The position numbers were made by a program, and so were the translations under genes. The notes below the pieces were generated by a model. That model searched no databases. It was not told the origin of the DNA and worked only from the letters and a program-made list of their open reading frames with translations. This document shows positions 46,400 through 61,300 of a DNA stretch of 64,000 nucleotides, piece by piece. This stretch comes from Eledone cirrhosa (Eukaryota): the NCBI GenBank assembly GCA_964016885.1, contig OZ024740.1, positions 204,104,001 to 204,168,000 of the forward strand, in the 5' to 3' direction. The first letter of the stretch is position 1. Each line of letters begins with the position of its first letter.

Positions 46400-49300
46400 G
46401 AATACCACTGTCAGGGTGTGTTGTATCTACAGATATAGAGATATATACTGGACAGTAGAGAGACGTTACACTATGTCCCCTAACATTGAATACCACTGTC
46501 AGGGTGTGTTGTATCTACAGATGTAGAGATATATACTGGTCAGTAGAGAGACGTTACACTATGTCCCCTAACATTGAATACGACTGTCAGGGTGTGTTGT
46601 ATCTACAGGTATAGAGATATATACTTGACAGTAGAGACACGTTAAACTATGTCCCCTACCATTGAATACCACTGTCAGGGTGTGTTGTATCTACAAGTAT
46701 AGAGATATATACTGGACAGTAGAGAGACGTTACACTATGTCCCCTACCATGGAATACCACTGTCAGGGTGTGTTGTATCTACAGGTATAGAGATATATAC
46801 TGGACAGTAGAGTGACGTTACACTATGTCCCCTACCATTGAATACCACTGTCAGGGTGTGTTGTATCTACAGATATAGAGATATATACTGGACAGTAGAA
46901 AGACGTTACACTATGTCCCCTACCATGGAATACCACTGTCTCGGTGTGTTGTATCTACAGATGTAGAGATATATACTAGACAGTAGAGAGACGTTACACT
47001 ATGTCCCCTACCATTGAATAACACTGTCAGGGTGTGTTGTATCTACAGATGTAGAGATATATACTGGACAGTAGTGAGACGTTACACTATGTCCCCTACC
47101 ATTGAATACCGCTGTCAGGGTGTGTTGTATCTACAGATGTAGAGATATATACTGGACAGTAGAGAGACGTTACACTATGTCCCCTTCCATGGAATACCAC
47201 TGTCAGGGTGTGTTGTATCTACAGATATAGAGATATATACTGGATAGTAGAGAGACGTTATACTATGTCTACTACCATTGAATACCGCTGCCAGGATGTG
47301 TTGTATCTACAGATGTAGAGATATATACTGGGCAGTAGAGAGACGTTACACTATGTCCCCTACCATTGAATACCACTGTCTGGGTGTGTTGTATCTACAG
47401 ATGTAGAGATATATACTGGACAGTAGAGAGATGTTACACTATGTCCCCTACCATTGAATACCACTGTCAGGGTGTGTTGTATCTACAGATGTAAAGATAT
47501 CTACTGGACAGTAGAGAGACGTTACACTATGTCCCCTACCATTCAATACCACTGTCTGGGTGTGTTGTATCTACAGATGTAGAAATATATACTGAACAGT
47601 AGAGAGACGTTACACTATGTCCCCTACCATTCAAAACCACTGTCAGGGTGTGTTGTATCTACAGGTATAGAGCTATATACTGGAAAGTAGAGAGACGTTA
47701 CACTATGTCCCGTACCATTGAATACCACTGTCTGGGTGTGTTGTATCTACAAGTATAGAGATATATACTGGATAGTACCGAGACGTTACACTATGTCCCC
47801 TACCATTGAATACCACTGTCAGGGTGTGTTGTATCTACAGATATAGAGATATATACTGGACAGTAGAAAGACGTTACACTATGTCCCCTACCATTCAATA
47901 CCACTGTCAGGGTGTGTTGTATCTACAGATATAGAGATATATACTGGACAGTAGAGAGACGTTACGCTATGTACCCTACCATGGAATACCACTGTCAGGG
48001 TGTGTTGTATCTACAGATATAGAGATATATACTGGACAGTAGAAAGACGTTACACTATGTCCCCTACCATTCAATACCACTGTCAGGGTGTGTTGTATCT
48101 ACAGATATAGAGATATATACTGGACAGTAGAGAGACGTTACACTATGTCCCCTACCATTGAATGCCACTGTCAGGGTGTGTTATATCTACAGATGTAGAG
48201 ATATATACTGGGCAGTAGAGAGACGTTAGACTATGTCCCCTACCATTGAATACCACTGTCAGGGTGTGTTGTATCTACAGGTATAGAGATATACACTGGA
48301 CAGTAGAGAGATGTTACACTATGTCCCCTACCATTCAATACCACTGTCAGGGTGTGTTGTATCTACAGATGTAGAGATATATACTGGACAGTAGAGAGAC
48401 GTTACACTATGTCCCCTACCATTGAATACCACTGTCAGGGTGTGTTGTATCTACAGATTTGCGAAATATACTGGACAGTAGAGAGACGTGACACTATGAC
48501 CCCTACCATTGAATACCACTGTCAGGGTGTGTTGTATCTACAAGTATAGAGATATACACTGGATAGTAGCGAGACCTTACACTATGTCCCCTACCATTGA
48601 ATACCACTGTCAGGGTGTGTTGTATCTACAGATGTAAATATATCTACTGGGCAGTAGAGAGACGTTACACTATGTCCCCTACCATTCAATACCACTGTCT
48701 GGGTGTGTTGTATCTACAGATGTAGAGATATATACTGAACAGTAGAGAGACGTTAAACTATGTCCCCTACCATTCAATACCACTGTCAGGGTGTGTTGTA
48801 TCTACAAGTATAGAGATATATACTGGATAGTAGAGAGACGTTACACTATGTCCCCTACCATTGAATACCACTGTCAGGGTGTGTTGTATCTACAGATATA
48901 GAGATATACACTGGACAGTAGAGAGACGTTACACTATGTCCCCTACCATTCAATACCACTGTCTGTGTGTGTTGTATCTACAAGTATAGAGATATATACT
49001 GGATAGTAGAGAGACGTTACACTATGTCCCCTACCATGGAATACCACTGTCAGGGTGTGTTGTATCTACAGGTATAGAGATATATACTGGACAGTAGAGA
49101 GACGTTACACTATGTCCCCTACCATTGAATAGCACTGTCAGGGTGTGTTTTATCTACAGATGTAGAGATATATACTGGACAGTAGAGAGACGTTACACTA
49201 TGTCCCCTACCATTGAATACCACTGTCTGGGTGTGTTGTATCTACAGATGTAGAGATATATACTGGACTGTAGAGAGACTTTACACTATGTCCCCTACCA

Positions 49301-52300
49301 TTCAATACCACTGTCAGGGTGTGTTGTATCTACAGGTATAGAGATATATACTGGATAGTAGAGAGACGTTACAGTATGTCCCGTACCATTGAATACCACT
49401 GTCAGGGTGTGTTGTATCTACAGGTATAGAGATATAAACTGGACAGTAGTGACACGTTACACTATGTCCCCTACCATTCAATACCACTGTCAGGGTGTGT
49501 TGTATCTACAGATGTAGAGATATATACTGGTCAGTAGAGAGACGTTACACTATGTCCCCTACCATGGAATACCACTGTCAGGGTGTGTTGGATCTACAGA
49601 TATAGAGATATATACTGGACAGTAGAGAGACGTTACACTATGTCCCCTACCATTGAATTCCACTGTCGGGGTGTGTTATATCTACAAGTATAGAGATATA
49701 TACTGGATAGTACCGAGACGTCACACTATGTCCCCTACCATTGAATACCACTGTCAGGGTGTATTGTATCTACAAGTATAGAGATATATACTGGGCAGTA
49801 AAGAGACGTTACACTATGTCCCTACCATTTAATACCACTGTCAGGGTGTGTTGTATCTACAGATGTAGAGATATATACTGGACAGTAGTGAGACGTTACA
49901 CTATGTCCCCTACCATTGAATACCGCTGTCAGGGTGTGTTGTATCTACAGATGTAGAGATATATACTGGACAGTAGAGAGACGTTACACTATGTCCCCTT
50001 CCATGGAATACCACTGTCAGGGTGTGTTGTATCTACAGATATAGAGATATATACTGGATAGTAGAGAGACGTTATACTATGTCTACTACCATTGAATACC
50101 GCTGCCAGGATGTGTTGTATCTACAGATGTAGAGATATATACTGGGCAGTAGAGAGACGTTACACTATGTCCCCTACCATTGAATACCACTGTCTGGGTG
50201 TGTTGTATCTACAGATGTAGAGATATATACTGGACAGTAGAGAGATGTTACACTATGTCCCCTACCATTGAATACCACTGTCAGGGTGTGTTGTATCTAC
50301 AGATGTAAAGATATCTACTGGACAGTAGAGAGACGTTACACTATGTCCCCTACCATTCAATACCACTGTCTGGGTGTGTTGTATCTACAGATGTAGAAAT
50401 ATATACTGAACAGTAGAGAGACGTTACACTATGTCCCCTACCATTCAAAACCACTGTCAGGGTGTGTTGTATCTACAGGTATAGAGATATATACTGGAAA
50501 GTAGAGAGACGTTACACTATGTCCCGTACCATTGAATACCACTGTCTGGGTGTGTTGTATCTACAAGTATAGAGATATATACTGGATAGTACCGAGACGT
50601 TACACTATGTCCCCTACCATTGAATACCACTGTCAGGGTGTGTTGTATCTACAGATGTAGAGATATATACTGGACAGTAGAAAGACGTTACACTATGTCC
50701 CCTACCATTCAATACCACTGTCAGGGTGTGTTGTATCTACAGATATAGAGATATATACTGGACAGTAGAGAGACGTTACGCTATGTACCCTACCATGGAA
50801 TACCACTGTCAGGGTGTGTTGTATCTACAGATATAGAGATATATACTGGACAGTAGAGAGACGTTACACTATGTCCCCTACCATTGAATGCCACTGTCAG
50901 GGTGTGTTATATCTACAGATGTAGAGATATATACTGGGCAGTAGAGAGACGTTAGACTATGTCCCCTACCATTGAATACCACTGTCAGGGTGTGTTGTAT
51001 CTACAGGTATAGAGATATACACTGGACAGTAGAGAGACGTTACACTATGTCCCCTACCATTCAATACCACTGTCAGGGTGTGTTGTATCTACAGATGTAG
51101 AGATATATACTGGACAGTAGAGAGACGTTACACTATGTCCCCTACCATTGAATACCACTGTCAGGGTGTGTTGTATCTACAGATTTGCGAAATATACTGG
51201 ACAGTAGAGAGACGTGACACTATGTCCCCTACCATTGAATACCACTGTCAGGGTGTGTTGTGTCTACAGATATAGAGATATATACTGGACAGTAGAGAGA
51301 CGTTACACTATGCCCCCTACCATTGAATACCACTGTCTGGGTGTGTTGTATCTACAGATATAGAGATATATACTGGACAGTAGAGAGACGTTACACTAAG
51401 TACCCTACCATTGAATACCACTGTCAGGGTGTGTTGTATCTACAGATGTAGAGATATACACTGGACAGTAGAGAGACGTTACACTATGACCCCTACCACT
51501 GAATACCACTGTCTGTGTGTGTTGTATCTACAAGTATAGAGATATATACTGGACAGTAGAGAGGCGTTACACTATGTCCCCTACCATTGAATACCACTGT
51601 CAGGGTGTGTTGTATCTACAGATGTGCGAAATATACTGGACAGTAGAGAGACGTGACACTATGACCCCTACCATTGAATACCACTGTCAGGGTGTGTTGT
51701 ATCTACAAGTATAGAGATATACACTGGATAGTAGCGAGACCTTACACTATGTCCCCTACCATTGAATACCACTGTCAGGGTGTGTTGTATCTACAGATGT
51801 AAATATATCTACTGGGCAGTAGAGAGACGTTACACTATGTCCCCTACCATTCAATACCACTCTCTGGGTGTGTTGTATCTACAGATGTAGAGATATATAC
51901 TGAACAGTAGAGAGACGTTAAACTATGTCCCCTACCATTCAATACCACTGTCAGGGTGTGTTGTATCTACAAGTATAGAGATATATACTGGATAGTAGAG
52001 AGACGTTACACTATGTCCCCTACCATTGAATACCACTGTCAGGGTGTGTTGTATCTACAGATATAGAGATATACACTGGACAGTAGAGAGACGTTACACT
52101 ATGTCCCCTACCATTCAATACCACTGTCTGTGTGTGTTGTATCTACAAGTATAGAGATATATACTGGATAGTAGAGAGACGTTACACCATGTCCCCTACC
52201 ATGGAATACCACTGTCAGGGTGTGTTGTATCTACAGGTATAGAGATATATACTGGACAGTAGAGAGACGTTACACTATGTCCCCTACCATTGAATAGCAC

Positions 52301-55300
52301 TGTCAGGGTGTGTTTTATCTACAGATGTAGAGATATATACTGGACAGTAGAGAGACGTTACACTATGTCCCCTACCATTGAATACCACTGTCTGGGTGTG
52401 TTGTATCTACAGATGTAGAGATATATACTGGACTGTAGAGAGACTTTACACTATGTCCCCTACCATTCAATACCACTGTCAGGGTGTGTTGTATCTACAG
52501 GTATAGAGATATATACTGGATAGTAGAGAGACGTTACAGTATGTCCCGTACCATTGAATACCACTGTCAGGGTGTGTTGTATCTACAGATATAGAGATAT
52601 AAACTGGACAGTAGAGACACGTTACACTATGTCCCCTACCATTCAATACCACTGTCAGGGTGTGTTGTATCTACAGATGTAGAGATATATAGTGGTCAGT
52701 AGAGAGACGTTACACTATGTCCCCTACCATGGAATACCACTGTCAGGGTGTGTTGTATCTACAGATATAGAGATATATACTGGACAGTAGAGAGACGTTA
52801 CACTATGTCCCCTACCATTGAATTCCACTGTCGGGGTGTGTTATATCTACAAGTATAGAGATATATACTGGATAGTACCGAGACGTCACACTATGTCCCC
52901 TACCATTGAATACCACTGTCAGGGTGTATTGTATCTACAAGTATAGAGATATATACTGGGCAGTAAAGAGACGTTACACTATGTCCCTACCATTTAATAC
53001 CACTGTCAGGGTGTGTTGTATCTACAGGTATAGAGATATATACTGGACAGTAGAGAGATCTTACACTATGTCCCCTACCATTGAATACCACTGTCAGGGT
53101 GTGTTGTATCTACAGATGTAGAGATATATACTGGTCAGTAGAGAGACGTTACACTATGTCCCCTAACATTGAATACGACTGTCAGGGTGTGTTGTATCTA
53201 CAGGTATAGAGATATATACTTGACAGTAGAGACACGTTAAACTATGTCCCCTACCATTGAATACCGCTGTCTGGGTGTGTTGTATCTACAAGTATAGAGA
53301 TATATACTGGACAGTAGAGAGACGTTACACTATGTCCCCTACCATGGAATACCACTGTCAGGGTGTATTGTATCTACAGGTATAGAGATATATACTGGAC
53401 AGTAGAGAGACGTTACACTATGTCCCCTACCATTGAATACCACTGTCAGGGTGTGTTGTATCTACAGATATAGAGATATATACTGGACAGTAGAAAGACG
53501 TTACACTATGTCCCTACCATTGAATACCACTGTCAGGGTGTGTTGTATCTACAGATGTAGAGATATTTTCTGGACAGTAGAGAGACGTTACACTATGTCC
53601 CCTACCATTCAATACCACTGTCATGGTGTGTTGTATCTACAGGTATAGAGATATACACTGGACAGTAGAGTGACGTTACACTATGTCCCCTACCATAAAA
53701 TACCACTGTCAGGGTGTTTTGTATCTACAGGTATAGAGATATATACTGGACAGTAGAGTGACGTTACACTATGTCCCCTACCATTCAATACCACTGTCAT
53801 GGTGTGTTGTATCTACAGATATAGAGATATATACTGCATAGTAGAGAGACGTTACACTATGTCCCCTACCATAAAATACCACTGTCAGGGTGTGTTGTAT
53901 CTACAGGTATAGAGATATATACTGGAAAGTAGAGTGACGTTACACTATGTCCCCTACCATTGAATACCACTGTCAGGGTGTGTTGTATCTACAGATATAG
54001 AGATATATACTGGACGGTAGAGAGACGTTACACTATGTCTCCTACCATTGAATACTACTGTCAGGGTGTGTTGTATCTACAAGTATAGAGATATACACTG
54101 GATAGTAGAGAGACGTTACACTATGTCCCCTAACATTGAATACCACTGTCATGGTGTGTTGTATCTACAAGTATAGAGATATACACTGGACAGTAGAGAG
54201 ACGTTACACTATGTCCCCTACCATAAAATACCACTGTCAGGGTGTGTTGTATCTACAGGTATAGAGATATATACTGGACAGTAGAGTGACGTTACACTAT
54301 GTCCCCTACCATTGAATACCATTGTCAGGGTGTGTTGTATCTACAGATGTAGAGATATATACTGGACAGTAGAGGGGTTAAACTATGTCCCCTACCATTG
54401 AATACCACTGTCAGGGTGTGTTGTATCTACAGATATAGAGATATATACTGGACAGTAGAGAGACGTTACACTATGTCCCCTACCATTGAATACCACTGTC
54501 TGGGTGTGTTGTATCTTCAGATGTAGAGATATATACTGGACAGTAGAGAGACGTTACACTATGTCCCCTACCATTCAATACCACTGTCAGGGTGTGTTTT
54601 ATCTACAGGTATAGAGATATATACTGGATAGTATAGAGACGTTAGACTATGTCCCCTACCATTGAATACCACTGTCAGGGTGTGTTGTATCTACAGGTAT
54701 AGAGATATATACTGGACAGTAGAGAGACGTTACACTATGTCCCCTACCATTGAATACCACTGTCAGGGTGTGTTGTATCTACAGGTATAGAGATATATAC
54801 TGGACAGTAGAGAGACGTTACACTATGTCCCCTACCACTGAATACCACTGTCTGTGTGTGTTGTATCTACAAGTATAGAGATATATACTGGACAGTAGAG
54901 AGGCGTTGCACTATGTCCCCTACCATTGAATACCACTGTCAGGGTGTGTTGTATCTACAGATGTGCGAAATATACTGGACAGTAGAGAGACGTGACACTA
55001 TGACCCCTACCATTGAATACCACTGTCAGGGTGTGTTGTATCTACAAGTATAGAGATATACACTGGATAGTAGCGAGACGTTACACTATGTACCCTACCA
55101 TCGAATACCACTGTCTGGGTGTGTTGTATCTACAGATGTAGAGTTATATACTGGACAGTAGAGAGACGTTACACTATGTCCCCTACCATTGAATACCACT
55201 GTCAGGGTGTGTTGTATCTACAGATGTAAAGATATCTACTGGGCAGTAGAGAGACGTTACACTATGTCCCCTACCATTCAATACCACTGTCTGGGTGTGT

Positions 55301-58300
55301 TGTATCTACAGATGTAGAGATATATACTGAACAGTAGAGAGACGTTAAACTATGTCCCCTACTATTCAATACCACTGTCAGGGTGTGTTGTATCTACAAG
55401 TATAGAGATATATACTGGATAGTAGAGAGACGTTACACTATGTCCCCTACCATTGAATACCACTGTCAGGGTGTGTTGTATCTACAGATATAGAGATATA
55501 TACTGGATAGTAGAGAGACGTTACACTATGTCCCCTACCATGGAATACCACTGTCAGGGTGTGTTGTATCTACAGGTATAGAGATATATACTGGACAGTA
55601 GAGAGACGTTACACTATGTCCCCTACCATTGAATAGCACTGTCAGGGTGTGTTTTATCTACAGATGTAGAGATATATACTGGACAGTAGAGAGACGTTAC
55701 ACTATGTCCCCTACCATTGAATACCACTGTCTGGGTGTGTTGTATCTACAGATGTAGAGATATATACTGGACAGTAGAGAGACTTTACACTATGTCCCCT
55801 ACCATTCAATACCACTGTCAGGGTGTGTTGTATCTACAGGTATAGAGATATATACTGGATAGTAGAGAGACGTTACAGTATGTCCCGTACCATTGAATAC
55901 CACTGTCAGGGTGTGTTGTATCTACAGGTATAGAGATATAAACTGGACAGTAGAGACACGTTACACTATGTCCCCTAACATTCAATACCACTGTCAGGGT
56001 GTGTTGTATCTACAAGTATAGAGATATACACTGGACAGTAGAGAGACGTTACAATATGTCCCCTACCATTCAATACCACTGTCAGGGTGTGTTGTATCTA
56101 CAGATGTAGAGATATATACTGGTCAGTAGAGAGACGTTACACTATGTCCCCTACCATGGAATACCACTGTCAGGGTGTGTTGTATCTACAGATATAGAGA
56201 TATATACTGGACAGTAGAGAGACGTTACACTATGTCCCCTACCATTGAATTCCACTGTCGGGGTGTGTTATATCTACAAGTATAGAGATATATACTGGAT
56301 AGTACCGAGACGTCACACTATGTCCCCTACCATTGAATACCACTGTCAGGGTGTATTGTATCTACAAGTATAGAGATATATACTGGGCAGTAAAGAGACG
56401 TTACACTATGTCCCTACCATTTAATACCACTGTCAGGGTGTGTTGTATCTACAGGTATAGAGATATATACTGGACAGTAGAGAGATCTTACACTATGTCC
56501 CCTACCATTGAATACCACTGTCAGGGTGTGTTGTATCTACAGATGTAGAGATATATACTGGACAGTAGAGGGGTTACACTATGTCCCCTACCATTGAATA
56601 CCACTGTCAGGGTGTGTTGTATCTACAGATATAGAGATATATACTGGACAGTAGAGAGACGTTACACTATGTCCCCTAACATTGAATACCACTGTCAGGG
56701 TGTGTTGTATCTACAGATGTAGAGATATATACTGGTCAGTAGAGAGACGTTACACTATGTCCCCTAACATTGAATACGACTGTCAGGGTGTGTTGTATCT
56801 ACAGGTATAGAGATATATACTTGACAGTAGAGACACGTTAAACTATGTCCCCTACCATTGAATACCACTGTCTGGGTGTGTTGTATCTACAAGTATAGAG
56901 ATATATACTGGACAGTAGAGAGACGTTACACTATGTCCCCTACCATGGAATACCACTGTCAGGGTGTGTTGTATCTACAGATATAGAGATATATACTGGA
57001 CAGTAGAAAGACCTTACACTATGTCCCTACCATTGAATACCACTGTCAGGGTGTGTTGTATCTACAGATGTAGAGATATATACTGGACAGTAGTGAGACG
57101 TTACACTATGTCCCCTATCATTGAATACCGCTGTCAGGGTGTGTTGTATCTACAGATGTAGAGATATATACTGGACAGTAGAGAGACGTTACACTATGTC
57201 CCCTACCATTCAATACCACTGTCATGGTGTGTTGTATCTACAGGTATAGAGATATACACTGGACAGTAGAGTGACGTTACACTATGTCCCCTACCATAAA
57301 ATACCACTGTCAGGGTGTGTTGTATCTACAGATATAGAGATATATACTGCATAGTAGAGAGACGTTACACTATGTCCCCTACCATAAAATACCACTGTCA
57401 GGGTGTGTTGTATCTACAAGGAATCGAGTTATATACTGGACAGTAGAGTGACGTTACACTATGTCCCCTACCATAAAATACCACTGTCAGGGTGTGTTGT
57501 ATCTACAGATATAGAGATATATACTGGACAGTAGAGAGACGTTAGACTATGTCTCCTACCATTGAATACCACTGTCAGGGTGTGTTGTATCTACAAGTAT
57601 AGAGATATACACTGGATAGTAGAGAGACGTTACACTATGTCCCCTAACATTGAATACCACTGTCATGGTGTGTTGTATCTACAAGTATAGAGATATACAC
57701 TGGACAGCAGAGAGACGTTACACTATGTCCCCTACCATTGAATACCACTGTCAGGGTGTGTTGTATCTACAGATATAGAGATATATACTGGACAATAGAG
57801 AGACGTTACGCTATGTCCCCTACCATTGAATACCACTGTCTGGGTGTGTTGTATCTTCAGATGTAGAGATATATACTGGACAGTAGAGAGACGTTACACT
57901 ATGTCCCCTACCATTCAATACCACTGTCAGGGTGTGTTTTATCTACAGGTATAGAGATATATACTGGATAGTAGAGAGACGTTAGACTATGTCCCCTACC
58001 ATTGAATACCACTGTCAGGGTGTGTGGTATCTACAGGTATAGAGATATATACTGGACAGTAGAGAGACGTTACACTATGTCCCCTACCATTGAATACCAC
58101 TGTCAGGGTGTGTTGTATCTACAGGTATAGAGATATATACTGGACAGTAGAGAGACGTTACACTATGTCCCCTACCATTGAATACCACTGTCAGGGTGTG
58201 TTGTATCTACAGATGTAGAGATATATACTGGACAGTAGAGAGACGTTACACTATGTCCCCAACCATTCAATACCACTGTCTGGGTGTGTTGTATCTACAG

Positions 58301-61300
58301 ATGTAGAGATATATCCTGAACAGTAGAGAGACGTTACACTATGTCCCCTACCATTCAATACCACTGTCAGGGTGTGTTGTATCTACAGGTATAGAGATAT
58401 ATACTGGATATTAGAGAGACGTTACACTATGTCCCGTACCATTGAATACCACTGTCTGGGTGTGTTGTATCTACAAGTATAGAGATATATACTGGATAGT
58501 ACCTAGACGTTACACTATGTCCCCTACCATTGAATACCACTGTCAGGGTGTGTTGTATCTACAGATATAGAGATATATACTGGACAGTAGAAAGACGTTA
58601 CACTATGTCCCCTACCATTCAATACCACTGTCAGGGTGTGTTGTATCTACAGATATAGAGATATATACTGGACAGTAGAGAGACGTTACACTATGTCCCC
58701 TACCATTGAATACCACTGTCTGTGTGTGTTGTATCTACAAGTATAGAGATATATACTGGACAGTAGAGAGGCGTTACACTATGTCCCCTACCATTGAATA
58801 CCACTGTCAGGGTGTGTTGTATCTACAGATGTGCGAAATATACTGGACAGTAGAGAGACGTGACACTATGACCCCTACCATTGAATACCACTGTCAGGGT
58901 GTGTTGTATCTACAAGTATAGAGATATACACTGGATAGTAGCGAGACGTTACACTATGTACCCTACCATCGAATACCACTGTCTGGGTGTGTTGTATCTA
59001 CAGATGTAGAGTTATATACTGGACAGTAGAGAGATGTTACACTATGTCCCCTACCATTGAATACCACTGTCAGGGTGTGTTGTATCTACAGATGTAAAGA
59101 TATCTACTGGACAGTAGAGAGACGTTACACTATGTCCCCTACCATTCAATACCACTGTCTGGGTGTGTTGTATCTACAAGTATAGAGATATACACTGGAT
59201 AGTAGCGAGACGTTACACTATGTACCCTACCATCGAATACCACTGTCAATGTGTGTTGTATCTACAGATGTAGAGATATACACTGGACAGTAGAGAGACG
59301 TTACACTATGTCCCCTACCATTCAATACCACTGTCAGGGTGTGTTGTATCTACAGGTATAGAGATATATACTGGAGAGTAGAGAGACGTTACACTATGTC
59401 CCCTACCATTGAATAGCACTGTCAGGGTGTGTTATATCTACAGATGTAGAGATATATACTGGACAGTAGAGAGACGTTACACTATGTCCCCTACCATTGA
59501 ATACCACTGTCAGGGTGTGTTATATCTACAGATGTAGAGATATATACTGGGCAGTAGAGAGACGTTACACTATGTCCCCTACCATTGAATACCACTGTCA
59601 GGGTGTGTTGTATCTACAGATATAGAGATATATACTGGACAGTAGAGAGACGTTACACTATGTCCCCTACCATTGAATACCACTGTCTGGGTGTGTTGTA
59701 TCTACAGATGTAGAGATATATACTGGACAGTAGAGAGACGTTACACTATGTCCCCTACCATTCAATACCACTGTCAGAGTGTGTTGTATCTACAGGTATA
59801 GAGATATATACTGGATAGTAGAGAGACGTTAGAGTATGTCCCGTACCATTGAATACCACTGTCAGGGTGTGTTGTATCTACAGGTATAGAGATATATACT
59901 GGACAGTAGAGACACGTTACACTATGTCCCCTACCATTCAATACCACTGTCAGGGTGTGTTGTATCTACAGATGTAGAGATATATACTGGTCAGTAGAGA
60001 GACGTTACACTATGTCCCCTACCATTCAATACCACTGTCTGGGTGTGTTATATCTACAAGTATAGAGATATATACTGGATAGTACCGAGACGTTACACTA
60101 TGTCCCCTACCATTCAATACCACTGTCAGGGTGTGTTGTATCTACAGGTATAGAGATATATACTGGACAGTAGAGAGATCTTACACTATGTCCCCTACCA
60201 TTGAATACCACTGTCAGGGTGTGTTGTATCTACAGATGTAGAGATATATACTGGACAGTAGAGGGGTTACACTATGTCCTCTACCATTGAATACCACTGT
60301 CAGGGTGTGTTGTATCTACAGATATAGAGATATATACTGGACAGTAGAGAGACGTTACACTATGTCCCCTAACATTGAATACGACTGTCAGGGTGTGTTG
60401 TATCTACAGGTATAGAGATATATACTTGACAGTAGAGACACGTTAAACAATGTCCCCTACCATTGAATACCACTGTCTGGGTGTGTTGTATCTACAAGTA
60501 TAGACATATATACTGGACAGTAGAGAGACGTTACACTATGTCCCCTACCATGGAATACCACTGTCAGGGTGTGTTGTATCTACAGGTATAGAGATATATA
60601 CTGGACAGTAGAGAGACGTTACACTATGTCCCCTACCATTGAATACCACTGTCAGGGTGTGTTGTATCTACAGATATAGAGATATATACTGGACAGTAGA
60701 AAGACGTTACACTATGTCCCTACCATTGAATACCACTGTCAGGGTGTGTTGTATCTACAGATGTAGAGATATATACTGGACAGTAGTGAGACGTTACACT
60801 ATGTCCCCTACCATTGAATACCGCTGTCAGGGTGTGTTGTATCTACAGATATAGAGATATATACTGGACAGTAGAAAGACGTTACACTATGTCCCTACCA
60901 TTGAATACCACTGTCAGGGTGTGTTGTATCTACAGATATAGAGATATATACTGGACAGTAGAGAGACGTTACAGTATGTCCCCTACCATTCAATACCACT
61001 GTCAGGGTGTGTTGTATCTACAGATATAGAGATATATACTGGACAGTAGAGAGACGTTACACTATGTCCCCTACCATTGAATACCACTGTCTATGTGTGT
61101 TGTATCTACAAGTATAGAGATATATACTGGACAGTAGAGAGGCGTTACACTATGTCCCCTACCATTGAATACCACTGTCAGGGTGTGTTGTATCTACAGA
61201 TGTGCGAAATATACTGGACAGTAGAGAGACGTGACACTATGACCCCTACCATTGAATACCACTGTCAGGGTGTGTTGTATCTACAAGTATAGAGATATAC

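Noticed and set aside
458-61292. About 57 short ORFs (61-100 aa, e.g. MNTTVRVCCIYRYRDIYWTVERRYTM...) that look like a Cys/Tyr/Arg-rich peptide family
   Set aside because: 88 is not a multiple of 3 and the frames hit stops within a few monomers. The longer ORFs arise where a 1-bp deletion or a stop-removing SNP happens to extend a frame. Most starts are TTG/GTG inside the repeat, and there is no sign of codon-level constraint.
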